A DNA stretch of 64,000 nt from Tubiluchus corallicola. Lineage: Eukaryota > Animalia > Priapulida. Below, piece after piece: positions 38,970-52,670 of the stretch. The translations under genes were made by a program, and so were the position numbers. Numbering within the stretch: position 1 is the stretch's first letter; each line of letters starts with the position of its first letter. The DNA lies in the NCBI GenBank assembly GCA_030141605.1, contig JAQGDQ010000282.1, positions 124,001 through 188,000 of the forward strand, read 5' to 3'. The notes below the pieces were generated by a model. It did no database searches. It was not told the DNA's origin and saw only the letters and a program-made list of their open reading frames with translations.

Positions 38970-39170
38970 TAATTCTTGTATAAGTGCTTTTAGAATAATA
39001 GGAAATGATGTAATTCTTGTATAAGTGCTTTTAGAATAATAGGAAATGATGTAATTCTTGTATAAGTGCTTTTAGAATAAAAGGAAAGGATGTAATTCTT
39101 GTATAAGTGCTTTTAGAATAATAGGAAATGATGTAATTCTTGTATAAGTGCTTTTAGAATAATAGGAAAT
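38970..39170 (+). repeat. 41-bp tandem repeat x4.9 at the start of the NOL10 3' UTR
   Basis: Unit taattcttgtataagtgcttttagaataataggaaatgatg at 38970, 39011, 39052, 39093 and 39134. Confidence 0.97.
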
Positions 39171-41099
39171 TTCTGTTACAGTCAAATAGCTTAAAATTCA
39201 GGTTCTAAACTGACGTCACTACAGTCACAGTCAGGATCACATTCAGTGTGTTCTCTACCATTCCAGATTCTATGGAGGAACTTTTGAAAAATTTAAATAA
39301 TTTAAATTCTTTAGACATCACGAGACATAACAAAAAACGCAATTACAAACTAAAGCACACGTTTTGGTGTCACCTAGCTGGAAATCGTACAGAATGGCTA
39401 TAAAAAAATTTGTAATTGGCTCGTGATTGTAGAACGTGCTGTGGAGTGGAAATGATTCTAGCTTACAATCATCATGACTCTTAGTTCCACTCCAACAATC
39501 ATGAAAAAGCATTCTGTGAAAATAACGGAAACTCTGTTGTCTATGTTAACATATATCAGTATGTCAATGCTGAATATAGTCCAATCTCTTTATACCGCCC
39601 ACTTTGGAACCAGAAAAAAGTTGTTGTTATAGTGAGTTTGGTGTTACAACGAGGTCTGTTAAATTTTACCATAGATGAATCACAAAACAGTCAGACAAGT
39701 GTACACTGGTTAGAGTTCTCAATTTTCACTTTAAAGTTAATGAATCAAAAGAAAATTATTAAATTAATCATGTGTGAATTAATGCTCACTATGTGAATTA
39801 ATCACTCATTCAAAATCAATATTAAAAAATTTTACAGAATAAAGTGTCTTGTACTTAACTACATAATAGATTGTAGACCAAGTGCTGCACTAAACAAGCA
39901 TTTGTAAAAAAGGTTAAGTCATAACTATAAATTTCTTCTGGGATTTGTTTGGATGATTCTTAGAATACAAACCAATACCTCGTTTCTTGGGGCAAAAAAA
40001 GAGCCACATGTTTTCTTGTCAGTTGCCATTATGACTGCGTGGCACATTGACAGTTATATCATTATGGTTGTACAATGTACTTTACAGTTTGCAAACAATC
40101 AAAACGTGATAACACGCATTTATACGACGTACGACCGTCTACCCAGTGCCTATGACTCAATGGAGCGTATAGCAGCCTTGTATAGTTGGCATTATATCAA
40201 GAAGCTACTGGCACTAGTTGAGATTGCTGGTGGCATTTCCCCAATGAACACACATGTATTAATTTGCCTGGCAGATGGCAGGTAATTGGAGCTGCCAATT
40301 TTTATATAGCTGAATACAACAATTTTGTTCTTGGCATTTTGCAGGCAGTGAACGGGGCAGTCTGACTGCATTTCCTTTCTCAACTTCCAAAATGTATAGT
40401 TAAGAAGTTGGTTACATTGTAGATAACTGATAAAATCAATATAATCTGTATACAGTGTACAGTATTTTTACATAGTGTATATATTGTAAAATATATGTAA
40501 AAGCAACAAGAATGTATTAGCTATGGAATTGTAATATCTTTATTGAAATCTCTGTCCATCATACTTAAAATTTGGAGGATCTGCTTTTCTGTAGTTAAAG
40601 CTGTTTACATGAATACGCAAATTTACATAAAAAGTTTGGCATTTTTAATTGAAAAAAACAAAAAGGTATAAAATAATCAAACAGCAGTTACTGAAAATTT
40701 TTACATTTCGGCACAACTGCCATTGTTAGCACAACTTTGTTAAATCACCAGGATCGGCAACGATTTCACATGATGACGTGAAATGGCCTTTGCATCAAAT
40801 AAATCGGAAGAATAAATGCAAATTGTTACAAGCTTGTAAGCTAAATAAAACTTTATGTCACCGAGAAGAAAGCATATCTAAAAACGAACACATTCACGAA
40901 CATTTCACCATAAACACCAACTCAAAAACATAAAAGAACTTCAGCCCTATCATTGCCTCTGTATTAAAAGTTCAACAATCTAGGACAAACCCGAGGCTTA
41001 GCTATTACGATAGTAGGTCATCCATAGCCCAACTTTCCTAAGTTATCCAAATTCAAGTATTGGATTCGAGAGTTGATCTGTTGGTAACTCAATTGTGCA

Positions 41100-41303
41100 G
41101 CTTCTTAGCATACATAATCACCGAGTGTAGCTTTTTAGCCTATGTAATCACCAGTGTAGTTTCTTAGCATATGTAATCATCAAGCGTAGCTTCTTAGTAT
41201 ACGTAATCATCAAGTACAGCTATTTAGCATACATAATCATCAAGTATAGTTTCTTAACATACATAATCATCAAGTATAGCTTCTTAGCATACATAATCAT
41301 CAA
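41100..41303. repeat. 30-bp minisatellite x7
   Basis: Unit gcttcttagcatacataatcatcaagtata with variants. Confidence 0.92.
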
Positions 41304-42783
41304 TTAAAAAATCCTGTATTCAATTTTTGAACTGGATTTACTACTGGATTTCTTCAACAACTACCTTTTTTATGCATCAAAAACACTAACGTCAGCAGTC
41401 AATTATTACTAACCTATCCAGCTAGCTTAAAATTAATCTAAAACATAGTTATTGCTGACTATAATTACTAGTGCTATACAACAGGAACGCACTGACAATA
41501 ACTGCTGATTAAAGTCATACATAATCAATACATACAAATAAGTTCAATGCTGAATTTTTACAAAATTACAAAGCTGTGTAACATTAGTCGCTGATTGGTC
41601 TAGCAAGGACAAAATGACAGGAAATTTTAGATAGCTGACCACTTAATTCAGTGACTAAATTTGTATAACACAGGGTATGTGTTCGAAAGACTTCGGTTCA
41701 AAACAAAGCTCAGTCACAACCTTTTCATGCCTCAACCTTTCCTTTCTATTTTGGTCTCTTGATAGGAAAACAGTTGGTTTATAAAAACGCTCATCAATTC
41801 ACGTCAATACGAAACAGAAAAAATTCAAATTAACCAAAGCTAAACCACGTTGAATAACATTCGGTGTGGATGACACAAGAAAATAACGATATAAGTTGTA
41901 TATATTATGACACATTGATTAAGGTAATAAGGACACCAGGATATTACATGACTAGTGAGATCAACAGTGAAAATATTGCACATGCAGTAATCAACACATA
42001 CTATTACCAAGTTAAAACGTGTTTTACTTTTACCTTTGGTGCATTCATGGTCACATTTTCATTTTGTATTGTACATGCAAATTTTGTTGTTTGGAATGCA
42101 CGTGGTAGTGGTGGGACAGAAGTTTCATTTTCACAATCGATTAGTCTGATAGAAAATCAATTCGATAATCGATTATAATCAGTTTTTAGGTACAGAAATT
42201 AGTAATATCAAAATTTTCAAGAAATAGCACTTTGAGTGTAACAGATTTGTTACCTTAACCATTGCTTTTTTTAATTACAATGGTGGTAGAAAAAAGTATA
42301 AAGTAAAGAATAAGCTTTAAATGAGTTTATTTTATTAGTCTGAAGCTTACAAAACAGGTAAAGAACACTGCGGTTATTTTTTTATTTTTAGAATTCTGCC
42401 TGCCCATTGTCTACAATAGATATAATGGGCATATGATGAACACGATGATGCTATGTTTAACGTGCAATTTTTGTAGTTTCTCCCAAAAATAAGTGCAAAT
42501 GGCATTGGTAATGCAATTGATTAATCGGTCCCACAAATAATGACTATACACACAAAAAAATTCTTTGTGGACCTTAAGAAAAAAATGACAAAAATTTTTG
42601 TTCTTTATGGTATTTTAGAGAACTGTGAAAAATAAATGATACCCGTTTAAAAACAATCTTTGAATACAGAATAACAATAATTACTTATTGTAAATCTGCT
42701 CTAATTAACATAACAACACTTAATTACATGCGAATTACTGTTTTTAAAAATAGATTAACAGAACCATTACTTTCGTACACCTG

Positions 42784-45700
42784 CTACGAAACTTTTTTCA
42801 CGCCTAGAATGGTATATCCAACTAAAGATCCATACAGAGCGCTCCACCAATATAAGTTACGTCCTAGTGGCGTACACAAGCTAATGAGTGTAATGCCAAA
42901 CCACAGTGCAAAAGACGGTATGGTCGATTCCCAAGAGAGTTGATTGTGGTGGAACTGCTCAAGGAAATGTTGCTGCACTGTGGAATCACTAGAGTAAAAC
43001 TGAGCAGCCATTCTAAAATAACAAAAAGTGAGTGCCATTGGTAATTTAATATACATTAAATAAACTTGTTAACGAAACAATAAATACTGCACATATGACT
43101 TCACTTTGTAAGGAGTGATCACATCTCATATATGTAAAGTAGTTGTTTTAAATTACACTTAATACTGCACTTACTTATCTTTTTCTACGAACAGCCGATG
43201 AAGCCAATGTCTAATCTTCTCCTCATCTTGTGGGACATCATCAATATCTATTCGCTTTATGTGTATGTAGGTTGTAACAGGCTTTACACAGTATTCTGAA
43301 ATGTAGAATTTAATGAAGAATAATTTTACCACACCAGAATACATAGATCGCGGAACGTCAATCAACCAGCGGGGATCCGCCTCGCAATGGCCAATCAGAC
43401 CCGCTGTATTTTGACTCTAACAGCTTTTCCGTTGCTGGCGAATTGACTTACTCCCAAGCTCAGTGGTATTTGCATGTGAAGTGAATAATAATATACAGGG
43501 AAGGTGCGTGTTCACGATTGTTTTACTTATTAAATTCATTAATAGCAGTGAAAGAGAGTATGGGATGGTGAAGCGTTGTGCTTTGGCACGTAATGTGGGT
43601 GTTCAGTTCCCAGAAAGGTTATAAGAAGTACAACTTGTTATTTTTCCCAATCCAAAAAACAATCCAAACACAAATATCACTGATGCATCGAAGCATGCAA
43701 GAGTCACATAAAAAGCTCAACGCATTCAAAATTAATAAAAATCCTGCTGTCTGCTCCATGTGTTATTGTTACTGCTGGCTACATGTAGAAATGCTGTGTG
43801 CTATATCAAGACTTAGTGCACTGGAATAAGATAATTCAGATACTATACTGTACAGCATAACATAAGATTTTGTTCGTTGTGCGTGAGTGTATGAATGAAC
43901 ACTAGTATGTACGTTTTGTAATGACTAATAGTCACAATGTTTAGCTTGGCTAAGTTACTTGAGCTACCCATGTTTTTCACCTTTGTTTATATGCTCTAGC
44001 GACTCGCAGTGAGCGAGCGTTTGTGAGAACGTGTTACATCATCATGAACGTGGGAGGGGCTAAACACTGCTTGCGATCTGTGTGTTAATCCAAAGTACCA
44101 AATTTTTAAATGCCATTTCAAGATTGAAATTTACCTTATCGTGCCACACTGTAATTACGTTATGTTATCAATTAGTACACTAAACTGGCAGAAAAATAAA
44201 TATTCACGTACAGTAAATAAGGTGGAAATCGAAATTGACTGAACTCAACGAATATCAATATGTCTCATTAATGCACAATCAACTGATGCCTTACTAAATC
44301 ACATAGTGTTGGATGATCTTAATACTTGAACTTTCACTGAAACATAAATCCAGGAACACTTAGCAAATACGCGCAATTAAGTTTTCTTTGGATAAAACTG
44401 GATATAATATCTGTTATGCAGCCAGACAAGGCAAACTGGAATTGGACCAGCTATAATAGCAAAAATCTCTCAATATAATATTAGTGCATGAAGAACAAGT
44501 CAATTCTCTTGAACATTTAATTGTCAGGTTACAACAGAAATTCTGTGGTGCTCAAGTTAGCTGTGATCGATAGACCACCATATTCAGCAAACCATTGCAT
44601 GACAACGTCTTCATTTTTTATGAATTTTTAGAATTTCTTATTGATTTTTTTGGCAAAGTATTCCCAAATTACCATTGTAGGAGACTCTAATATTCACTTT
44701 AACTGTGATTCAGATACAGACTGTAATACAGTTTTACATATGGTCTAAGCAGCATGTCACCCATCTTACTCATAAGTCTGGAAACATCATTGACTATCAT
44801 TACCAGAACTGATTCTAATCTTGTGCTTTCTATTCCAAAGGTTAGAGATTTTTAGTTGGGTTGGATCATTGCTTTGTTGAGTTCACAATAAATACTCAAA
44901 AGCAAAATTACTGAGGAAGGAAACTGACTTCAGATACATTTTACTTATTTGGCTAGGGGTTTACACAACCTTGTCACAACTATACAAAACAAACTGATGC
45001 AAACTTAGCATAAAAGGAATTGGACACAGGGTTTTAAAATTAATCAAAGAAAAGCATGCTTTACTAAAAAAAGAGGAAAATTATTGTACAGAATAAAGTT
45101 CCTTGGTAAAGTGAAACAGCAATATATCTTAAAAGACTTGTTGAGAGAAAGTGGAATAACAAGAACATGCAACAAAATTGGGACTTATATAAAGAATTCG
45201 ACTACTTTATTAAGACTGACTGATGACATTTGGCAAGATATGGAACAAGGAGAAGTCACATCTATGGTTGCTTTGGATCTGATAGCCATGAACTTCAAAA
45301 CTTCATACAGTATTAAAGAGTGGATGGATTAGACTCACTTAAAAAAAGAGACTGAGACTGATCATATTATTTTTGGTAACAAATCACAACTCGATAAATG
45401 TTCATTGTCATCTTTGAATGTTGGTACTAATAATGTGCAAACTAGTCACTCAGTCACATATTTGGCTGCAATTCCAGACTACTATTTAAATTTTTAAGCA
45501 CATATACATTCTAAGTGTAAAAGGCAGGCCATAATTTACAATGAATTACAAAATTAAGAAGGTATTTATCTAAGGATTCAATGCAATGTATCACGCCTCC
45601 GCTTGTTTTATCAAACTTTAATTATGTATATTCAGTATATGTTGGATTCCCAGAGTGCCCCTTGAAGCCACTGCAAAAGTTGCAAGAGGTGTAGCAAAAT

Positions 45701-48700
45701 ATGATGCTTTGTATATCCTTCATTGCCAGATGTTAATGTACATTTAAAATATTAGTTTTAAATTACAAAGCACTACATGAACTGGCTCCAGTTCACATGG
45801 CTGATCGTCTAGATTTCGTATGGAATACGAAATATAACAGGAAAACACGAGGTTGCAAAGCAAATGAATTAGAACTTATTAATGAAAAGAAAATCTTTAC
45901 TGACTTAGGATTTTCAACGATTGTTCCTAAGTGTAATGAGTTACCAATTGAAATTAAAGCTTGCACTAATCTAAATTCTTTTAAAGGGAAACGAAATACT
46001 CATCTTTTTAAGTGGTATTCTAATAGAATAAGTGGCGATTGTTTTGTCGAATTGCTATAATTTATAGATAAGTTTAATTGTATTATAGTTTTCCAGTACT
46101 TTTGTCTAAATATTTTTAATTATACAGCGCCCTTGAAAAAACTTTTATTGGAAGAGTGCTTTATAAATAAATCTATCATCATCACCATCATTATTTGCTC
46201 TGGGTACCGGCCAGTCTATGTCATAAACAGATAAACACAGATAGTGGTTTCTTTTGTGTAAAGTCAGGTGCTCACAGAATTGCAAGACCGGCAGAGATTT
46301 TTTGACACAAATTATTAGTATACACAAAAGGATTACTGACTCGATTAATACAAGATGATATGTCAAAAAGAATAAAAAAACGCAACTGATTTACCAAACA
46401 TGCCGATTGCCTCCACTCGCTTTCCTGTTTCTGTGTCATACGTTTTATCGTAAAAAACTGTGATGTCATACACAGCATCCAGGTTTTGCCGAAGTTTCAG
46501 CAGACACAACTGTGTTGCTCGGGCTCTAGGGGTCAAGTGGTACTCTAAGCATGGAAGACCTAAAATTATAATCAAGTTTGCTAAGATTAGATGAAAAACT
46601 CTCACTATTAAAATTAAATACCGCTTTAGAATAAAACATTTAAAAATAAATTAACACTCAAAATTATTGATAGACAACTTTTAAATTCTTTAATTTAATT
46701 ACAGGTACACGGATTATAATTGTTTATTATTTCATGATTATTATTATAAATGAACACTTGCCACTTCTTAAGCTGGTTATATGACCTAAGAACAAGAGTG
46801 GAATTATAAACAAGATAATCAAAACATCAGGGACTAAAAACTAGAATGCTCTGTCAGACCTTGTTCTTGAGCAAAATCTCTGCTTTTAGAAGTCAGCGAA
46901 GGGCGTGATGACAGATATCTCGTACCCTCAGGAAATATGACTACCCATCCCTGCATAAAAAATAGTGGTTAAGGCAAATGTCATATTAGCGTATGTGGAT
47001 TTGCCATTGAAACAAGTCAAATTAACTAATCAGAAGTGTTCCAACTCCCAGCACAAATTAATATAAAAAATACAACAAATTTTTGATTGATCTGCAATTT
47101 TAGATGTGTATGCACCTGTTTGAGCCTAATGTCTAGAGGGAGTTGTTTGACAATGTCTTAATCGAGTTACAAAAGAAGTGTTCAAACGCTGTCCAACTTA
47201 ATATAGCTAGCTTGTCTTACGAACTATAATAGACCACGAGTGACAGACCATGACATGTACCATTTTGTCAGTTAAACTGTAGTGGGATGACCACATATGG
47301 CGATGTAACAGCACCTTAAGTGTGAATTTTGGATTTGCTCTATAAACTTTCAACGCGGGTTTGAAAAAAGTAATGAAATTGCATAAATAAAAGGCTATGC
47401 ACTCACAAAATGTAACTGGAAAAATGATTTAAAAGCAAAAATTGACAAAACTTGTGTAAATGCAAATTAAACCAAAAACAATTTAAATTGACTAAAAGTA
47501 CACTGAACTTCAATCGACACACTTGATTACAATAACAAAGTGTACCTTATGTTTCTTATTAGCAAATGGCAGCACATTTATGAAGTCAGAGCAAGCTAGT
47601 TAATCATTAACGTTTCGAAGTAATCATCTAGAGAAATGTGTGCACACTGAAACATACAAAACTATCTACCCCGTGGTGGCATAATAATCTTTCTCACTGA
47701 GATAGTATATAGAATATTTGAAACTTACTGGGTCACCCTTTCTTCTCATTTGCTCTAAATTTTGCAACATACGTTCCTTGTTAAATTGTCCCTTACTTCG
47801 TTTCACATAGATGCAGCCATGCTAAAGAAAACAAGTTAAGAAAATTAATTACTATTAGCAAAAAAAGCTTTGCTGCAAACTGCTTAATAGCATAAGTACG
47901 CATCAAAAATAGTGGAGCTACAATTACATATACAGCAGGAATTAAAGAGTAATGACACTGTTACTGTAATCTAACAAAGACTGTTAAATCCTGCTTTGTG
48001 ATTTCAGTTAGTCGGGCTTCAGTAATATGCTGTTATCTCTGGGTTTATACCTGTGGACAATCTATTTTTGAGATGAGAGATTGACAACCTGTAAATTGTG
48101 GGGATTAGTCAGTGAAAGATACATTCATTGAGATCTTAGTATGCTGACAAGATAAAATTACAAAAAATGGTTGCTGTCAATTTGCAGCATTGTACTATTG
48201 ATTAAATTTGATTTTTGATTTTACCTACCTCATTGAAATAGAAGCCATAAAGTGGAATTGCTTTTAGTTCGTTTTTCAATACGTAACGAATTTTGCCGAT
48301 ACAACCCTGCCTCACAGCCAGCATGTTGACAATAATCCAATCAACTAATAGAAACAAAATATGAAGTGCACACGCAATGTGGATATTACAGCGAAATGTC
48401 CTATATGTTTCGACCTAAATGTGCTATAATTATTTGCCACTCCAGTTAAAGAACAATGATTAATTCACGCTTATCAAGAACATGTCTGTAGCTAGTAGAT
48501 GTATCTATATGCAGAAAGAAACACAAATCAGTGGCCAGATATGTATATGCATGTGTGTATGTACATGCATATGTATGTGTATAAAGTTTATATACATATA
48601 TGTGAATATACTTATATGCATATACATATATATATAATTAGTTACTATATGTAAAGTTTAGTTTCTACCCCCTCAATAGTTAGTTATATTTATTAAATGT

Positions 48701-49985
48701 TGTACAAAAATTAATCTTCTCTCGTCATAAATATTACTGTTAATCATTATGTATTGTTACATTAATATAATAATAATAGTTACATAATTCTTCTACAGGC
48801 CGCCATGAACTAATTATACCTTCTAATATGAAAGGAGAGTGTGTACATGACCAAATGGTCCTACACTCCCCTCACACAAATTAAATTAGCTCATTGATAA
48901 TATTATTTTTATAACTGTGTTTTAGTTTTATGTGTGAAATAAAATATCATAGTTCATAGTTACTACTGCGAGAACAAAGAAGTGCAAACACTTGTAACAG
49001 CACAAGTGCTAACAATAGTAACAGCACCACACTATATACTACATTAAACCGAAAGCAAGTGCAGTGGTGAATAACCAACCTTATGCTGGCACAGCGAGAT
49101 ATAATATGAAATGAAATACTTACGATCAGACTGGTGGTTGGACAAATACAACACATTTTCCACATTGCCGAATAGAGCATCCAAATCTCCAGCAAGACAA
49201 ATCTAAACAAGAATGGAAATGTCACATAGTAAGATTAACTGAGTAACCGAGTTGCCGAGTTAAAATAAATACTGTTCTACTACGATTGTACGACATTCAT
49301 TTTATTCGCGTACAATTGCATTCTCTGTGTGACAGAAATAGACAAGTTAAAGTCCGTCTTTAACTTTCTGTTGACTCAGTTAAACAGGACTAACATTTAA
49401 AATGTCATGCCAACATCAGTAACGAAATTAACCACTCATATTACTTCCAGTCATATTACTTTATTCTCCAAATAACACGATAGTTCTGAAATCATGAGCA
49501 TGTACTGCTATCCAAACATACATCACGTATTTGTTAAAATGTTGAGAAACACAAAACACAAATTTGATGCCTGTAGAATTCTTAAAATAAGTGTAATATA
49601 ACCAAAACATAGTTTTAAGTAGCAGACTCGATTGAAATGGTTGCTGCACTGTGTGATGTAAGCTAAAAAATATATATTTTGACACTACATAATGAGTGTA
49701 CCTGAATCTACCAACATGTAATATTGATGAATGCAGCTACTTGCATTAACATTAATGGTAACTACTTACTTTCACTCCAGTTACTGTCTCAAAGAAAAAC
49801 AACACCATCCGCTGGTACGTTGAGTACAGAAATTCATCGCCGATCTTGAAAACCCGGTGAGGAAGAAGAGCAGTAACGGTTCTCCAACTAAACCATACCA
49901 GAAAGTATGAGGGGGCCGTCCCGAAGAGGATGGTTGGTGGAATAGTAAACCGTAGATAATTAAAGATTACTGTTACAGTCAACAT
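42784..49985 (-). CDS. AGPAT5: 1-acyl-sn-glycerol-3-phosphate acyltransferase epsilon (LPAAT-epsilon), 8 coding exons, 369 aa
   Basis: Exons (minus): 49985-49770, 49202-49124, 48344-48229, 47821-47729, 46950-46860, 46559-46395, 43295-43175, 43012-42784; total 1110 nt, all GT-AG. Motifs: catalytic NHQSDLD (NHx4D), HGCIYVKR, VIFPEGTRY, HLTPR, LDAVYDITV. The N-terminus GTAPSY...YQRMVLFFFE is AGPAT5-like. Confidence 0.95.
44200..46193 (+). mobile_element. Decayed L2-clade LINE (APE and RT remnants) in AGPAT5 intron 6, antisense to the gene
   Basis: APE remnants (DRPPYS, IVGDSNIHF, THKSGNII), RT remnant STTLLRLTDDIWQDMEQGEVTSMVALDL, C-terminal LRRYLS..PLQKLQ, L2-type 3' end cagcgcccttga..gtgctttataaataaa plus a (CAT)n tail. 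Many stops and deletions. Confidence 0.85.
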
Positions 49986-51343
49986 TATCTAGCACCTGTT
50001 GATTATAATCTGGAAATAAAGTCATTTTCATTAGCCTATTCTAGTTTCTCTTACCACATTGTAAATTTTTCTCTCTCACTTTTGCTCAGTTTATTCTCAG
50101 CAAACCTTTCTCACAGATTTATATGTGTTCATTGTTTTGTCAAAACAGAGGCTTATTTTTGACTTGTTCATTTGTTCATTAACTTTGAGCTGACATGTTT
50201 CTGTTCAGCTTTTTAAATTAAATATATGTACTTATTTACAACAACCTAGTTTTCTGGCCTTAACTTAGTATACTTTAATGTAGAACATAGAACTTAATAA
50301 TGCCTGCTACACTGTTGTGCAATATTTGGTATAACAATTATAGTCTCACCATAGAAGTTGACTTTAAACAACAAAAGCTAAAAGGCATTCATGGTGGATC
50401 ATGGCCTATTGGATACTCGTGTATGTTTGGTATGAATGGATTTGATACTCGCTCTATATTATTTCATTCACCTTAATGATCCTGGTTGTTTATCTCATAC
50501 ACAGTCATTGGTCCTATATTTTTATCTCACTGATGGAGAATGTATATACATCTGATTCGGGCTGAGACACTTTTGCTGATTCAGTGCTAGATGCACATTA
50601 AGCTGCATTTTTGTGCAGAAATCCTCTTTGTAACCTCTTCGTAGTCACTCATAATTACTGGTGTTTCACTCGATAGTCTTAACCAGTCAAACCTCTGCAG
50701 TTTGACTTTTCAATTCCAAGTGAATTCTTTCGTTCTAGTGCTTAAATTTTCATTTTTGATTATGAACCGTCATCTTTTCTTTACAACTTTCCTTATGAGA
50801 CTTCTATGAAACATGTCAATTTGCCTTTCTCGAGTAACCAGTAAACCCCATGTTTCACTGTTGTATATACTATGATGGTAACAATGCTCTAACTGGTGAT
50901 TAGCTGCTTTTGAAGATGAGGAAGTCTTTGAGAATTAAAGACGTCTGGCACGTTCCATTATTTAAAATCATTTTGCTAATAATTTACGGCTACGTACGCT
51001 GCTACACATCATTCATTCATTTTCCATTTTACGAAAAAATAACTTTATCCGTGGAGATGGGGCATGGAAAGACCATAGGTCATCTAGTCACTCACCCCTT
51101 ATAATTTAATATTGTAATAGCAGAAAAAGGAATTGATGACACAGGATGCAATTATTGTTAATTACTTAAATAAAATAATCAAAATAAAGCAATAACAAAA
51201 AGAAAAATATAAAAACAAACATAACAACAATAGCATAAGTGAAAAAAAGAATAAAATTAATAAATGACGATGATGAATAAGTATCACAATAATTAGTTAC
51301 GAATTAAATAAAATGATAACAATGTAGAGTTGTTTACAAAATT

Positions 51344-52670
51344 CTAATGGTATAAATTAACATTTACTGAATTGGCTTGAAGCTTTTATGCATTCCTGCA
51401 TTATATCAAAAATATTTTTATTTTGCACAAGATTGAAATGCACGTTACCATGTAATAAAGCATGGATTTGAGTTTTGATATTTAATTCATTAATATCTTA
51501 CAATCACTTTACACCATGCTGCCCTGTCACTTGCAGCCTCACGTGTCTCCGTATTTTTGATGGCATGCAGTGTCTCTTTGAAAGCTAATTGTAATGGGCT
51601 AGTTTAATTTTCAATTTAATTTTAATGTTACCTGTTGCACACATCTAGAAAATTCACTTGGCATTATGGGAACTCTTCGGTAAAAAACCGTCACCAGTGC
51701 GTCACCGATTTTCTCATAATAGTCTGTGAGTTGTTCAGCTGTGTTGTTGGATGAAGTTGTATGCTAACCAAAATACAAAGTTAGTGGTGATTCTGGTGAA
51801 ATCGTGTAAGTATTGGTGAAGTAGGGTAAGTTATTCAGTATTAAAACTATTATTCTTGTGTTAGAAATTGTTTGCGCGTAATTTCACTGCTGACATTAAG
51901 AGAATGTGTGTTAATGAGCTACATGGTATGGCAGAGCAAGTATCCTGCGTTTGCTGAACTAAACTAATACTAGTAGTATAGAGATAGAATAGTGATTGTT
52001 AGAATTATATGTGCAAATAGACGATAGTGAATTATGATTTTCAAGTAAATGTGTTTGGGCTGACAGCGTACACTATCTATAGAAATTAAACTTTCATTCA
52101 TTCAGTTATCTATTTTTTGTAATACAAATTTGTTTTCATAACCCTAATTACTTTGCAAATTCATTAATCATTAAGTGTTTATTGTTCTAATTTTCCAGGA
52201 TAGAAACTTTTTTGTTTGGCTTGCAATAGACTTTGCTATTCAACAAACTTTATTGTAGACCAGCAATGGAAAAGAAGACAGGTAATTGGTGTTATATAAG
52301 AAAGTAGCTAAATTTGGTTGATTTATTATCGTTTTCTTAAATGGATTTTTAAGAGTTGGGTTGCCAGATTTTAAACTAACCCGCTTTTTTATGTAAAAAT
52401 ATTTATTTTCCATCACCTTTGGTATACAGAACAAAACTGAATGACATACCTTAGAAATTGGTAAGTACTGTAATAGAAAGTTGAGACATTTGGAATTAGA
52501 TATCTATATTTTTACAGTGATCTGATGGTGTAAATTAACATTTACTGAATTGGTCTGAAACTTTTATGCATTCCTGCATTATATCAAAAATATTTTTATA
52601 ATGCACAAGAGTGAAATGCAGGTTACCCTGTAATAAAGTATGGATTTGAGATTTGATATTTAATTCATTA
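51344..52670 (+). repeat. Pair of about 150-bp direct repeats (51344-51493 and 52522-52670)
   Basis: ctaatggtataaattaacatttactgaattgg...tttgatatttaattcattaa occurs twice, with about 10-12 substitutions by eye. Confidence 0.9.
51630..51830. promoter_or_regulatory. Putative compact bidirectional promoter (AGPAT5 / unknown gene) with a ZNF143/Staf-like site
   Basis: Minus-strand donor CAG/GTAACA at 51632 and plus-strand donors (GTAAGT near 51805 and 51826) face outward, with matching acceptors near 50010 (minus) and 52198 (plus). GGCATTATGGGAACT at 51660-51674 reads AGTTCCCATAATGCC on the other strand and fits the Staf/ZNF143 consensus. Confidence 0.5.

Noticed and set aside
38970-39170. CRISPR array, or miR-430/302-like cluster (AAGTGCT in each unit, also on the transcribed strand of the 43-bp array)
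   Set aside because: Head-to-tail units have no spacers, and stems of only about 5 bp are far too short for pre-miRNA hairpins. A 7-mer match is expected by chance.
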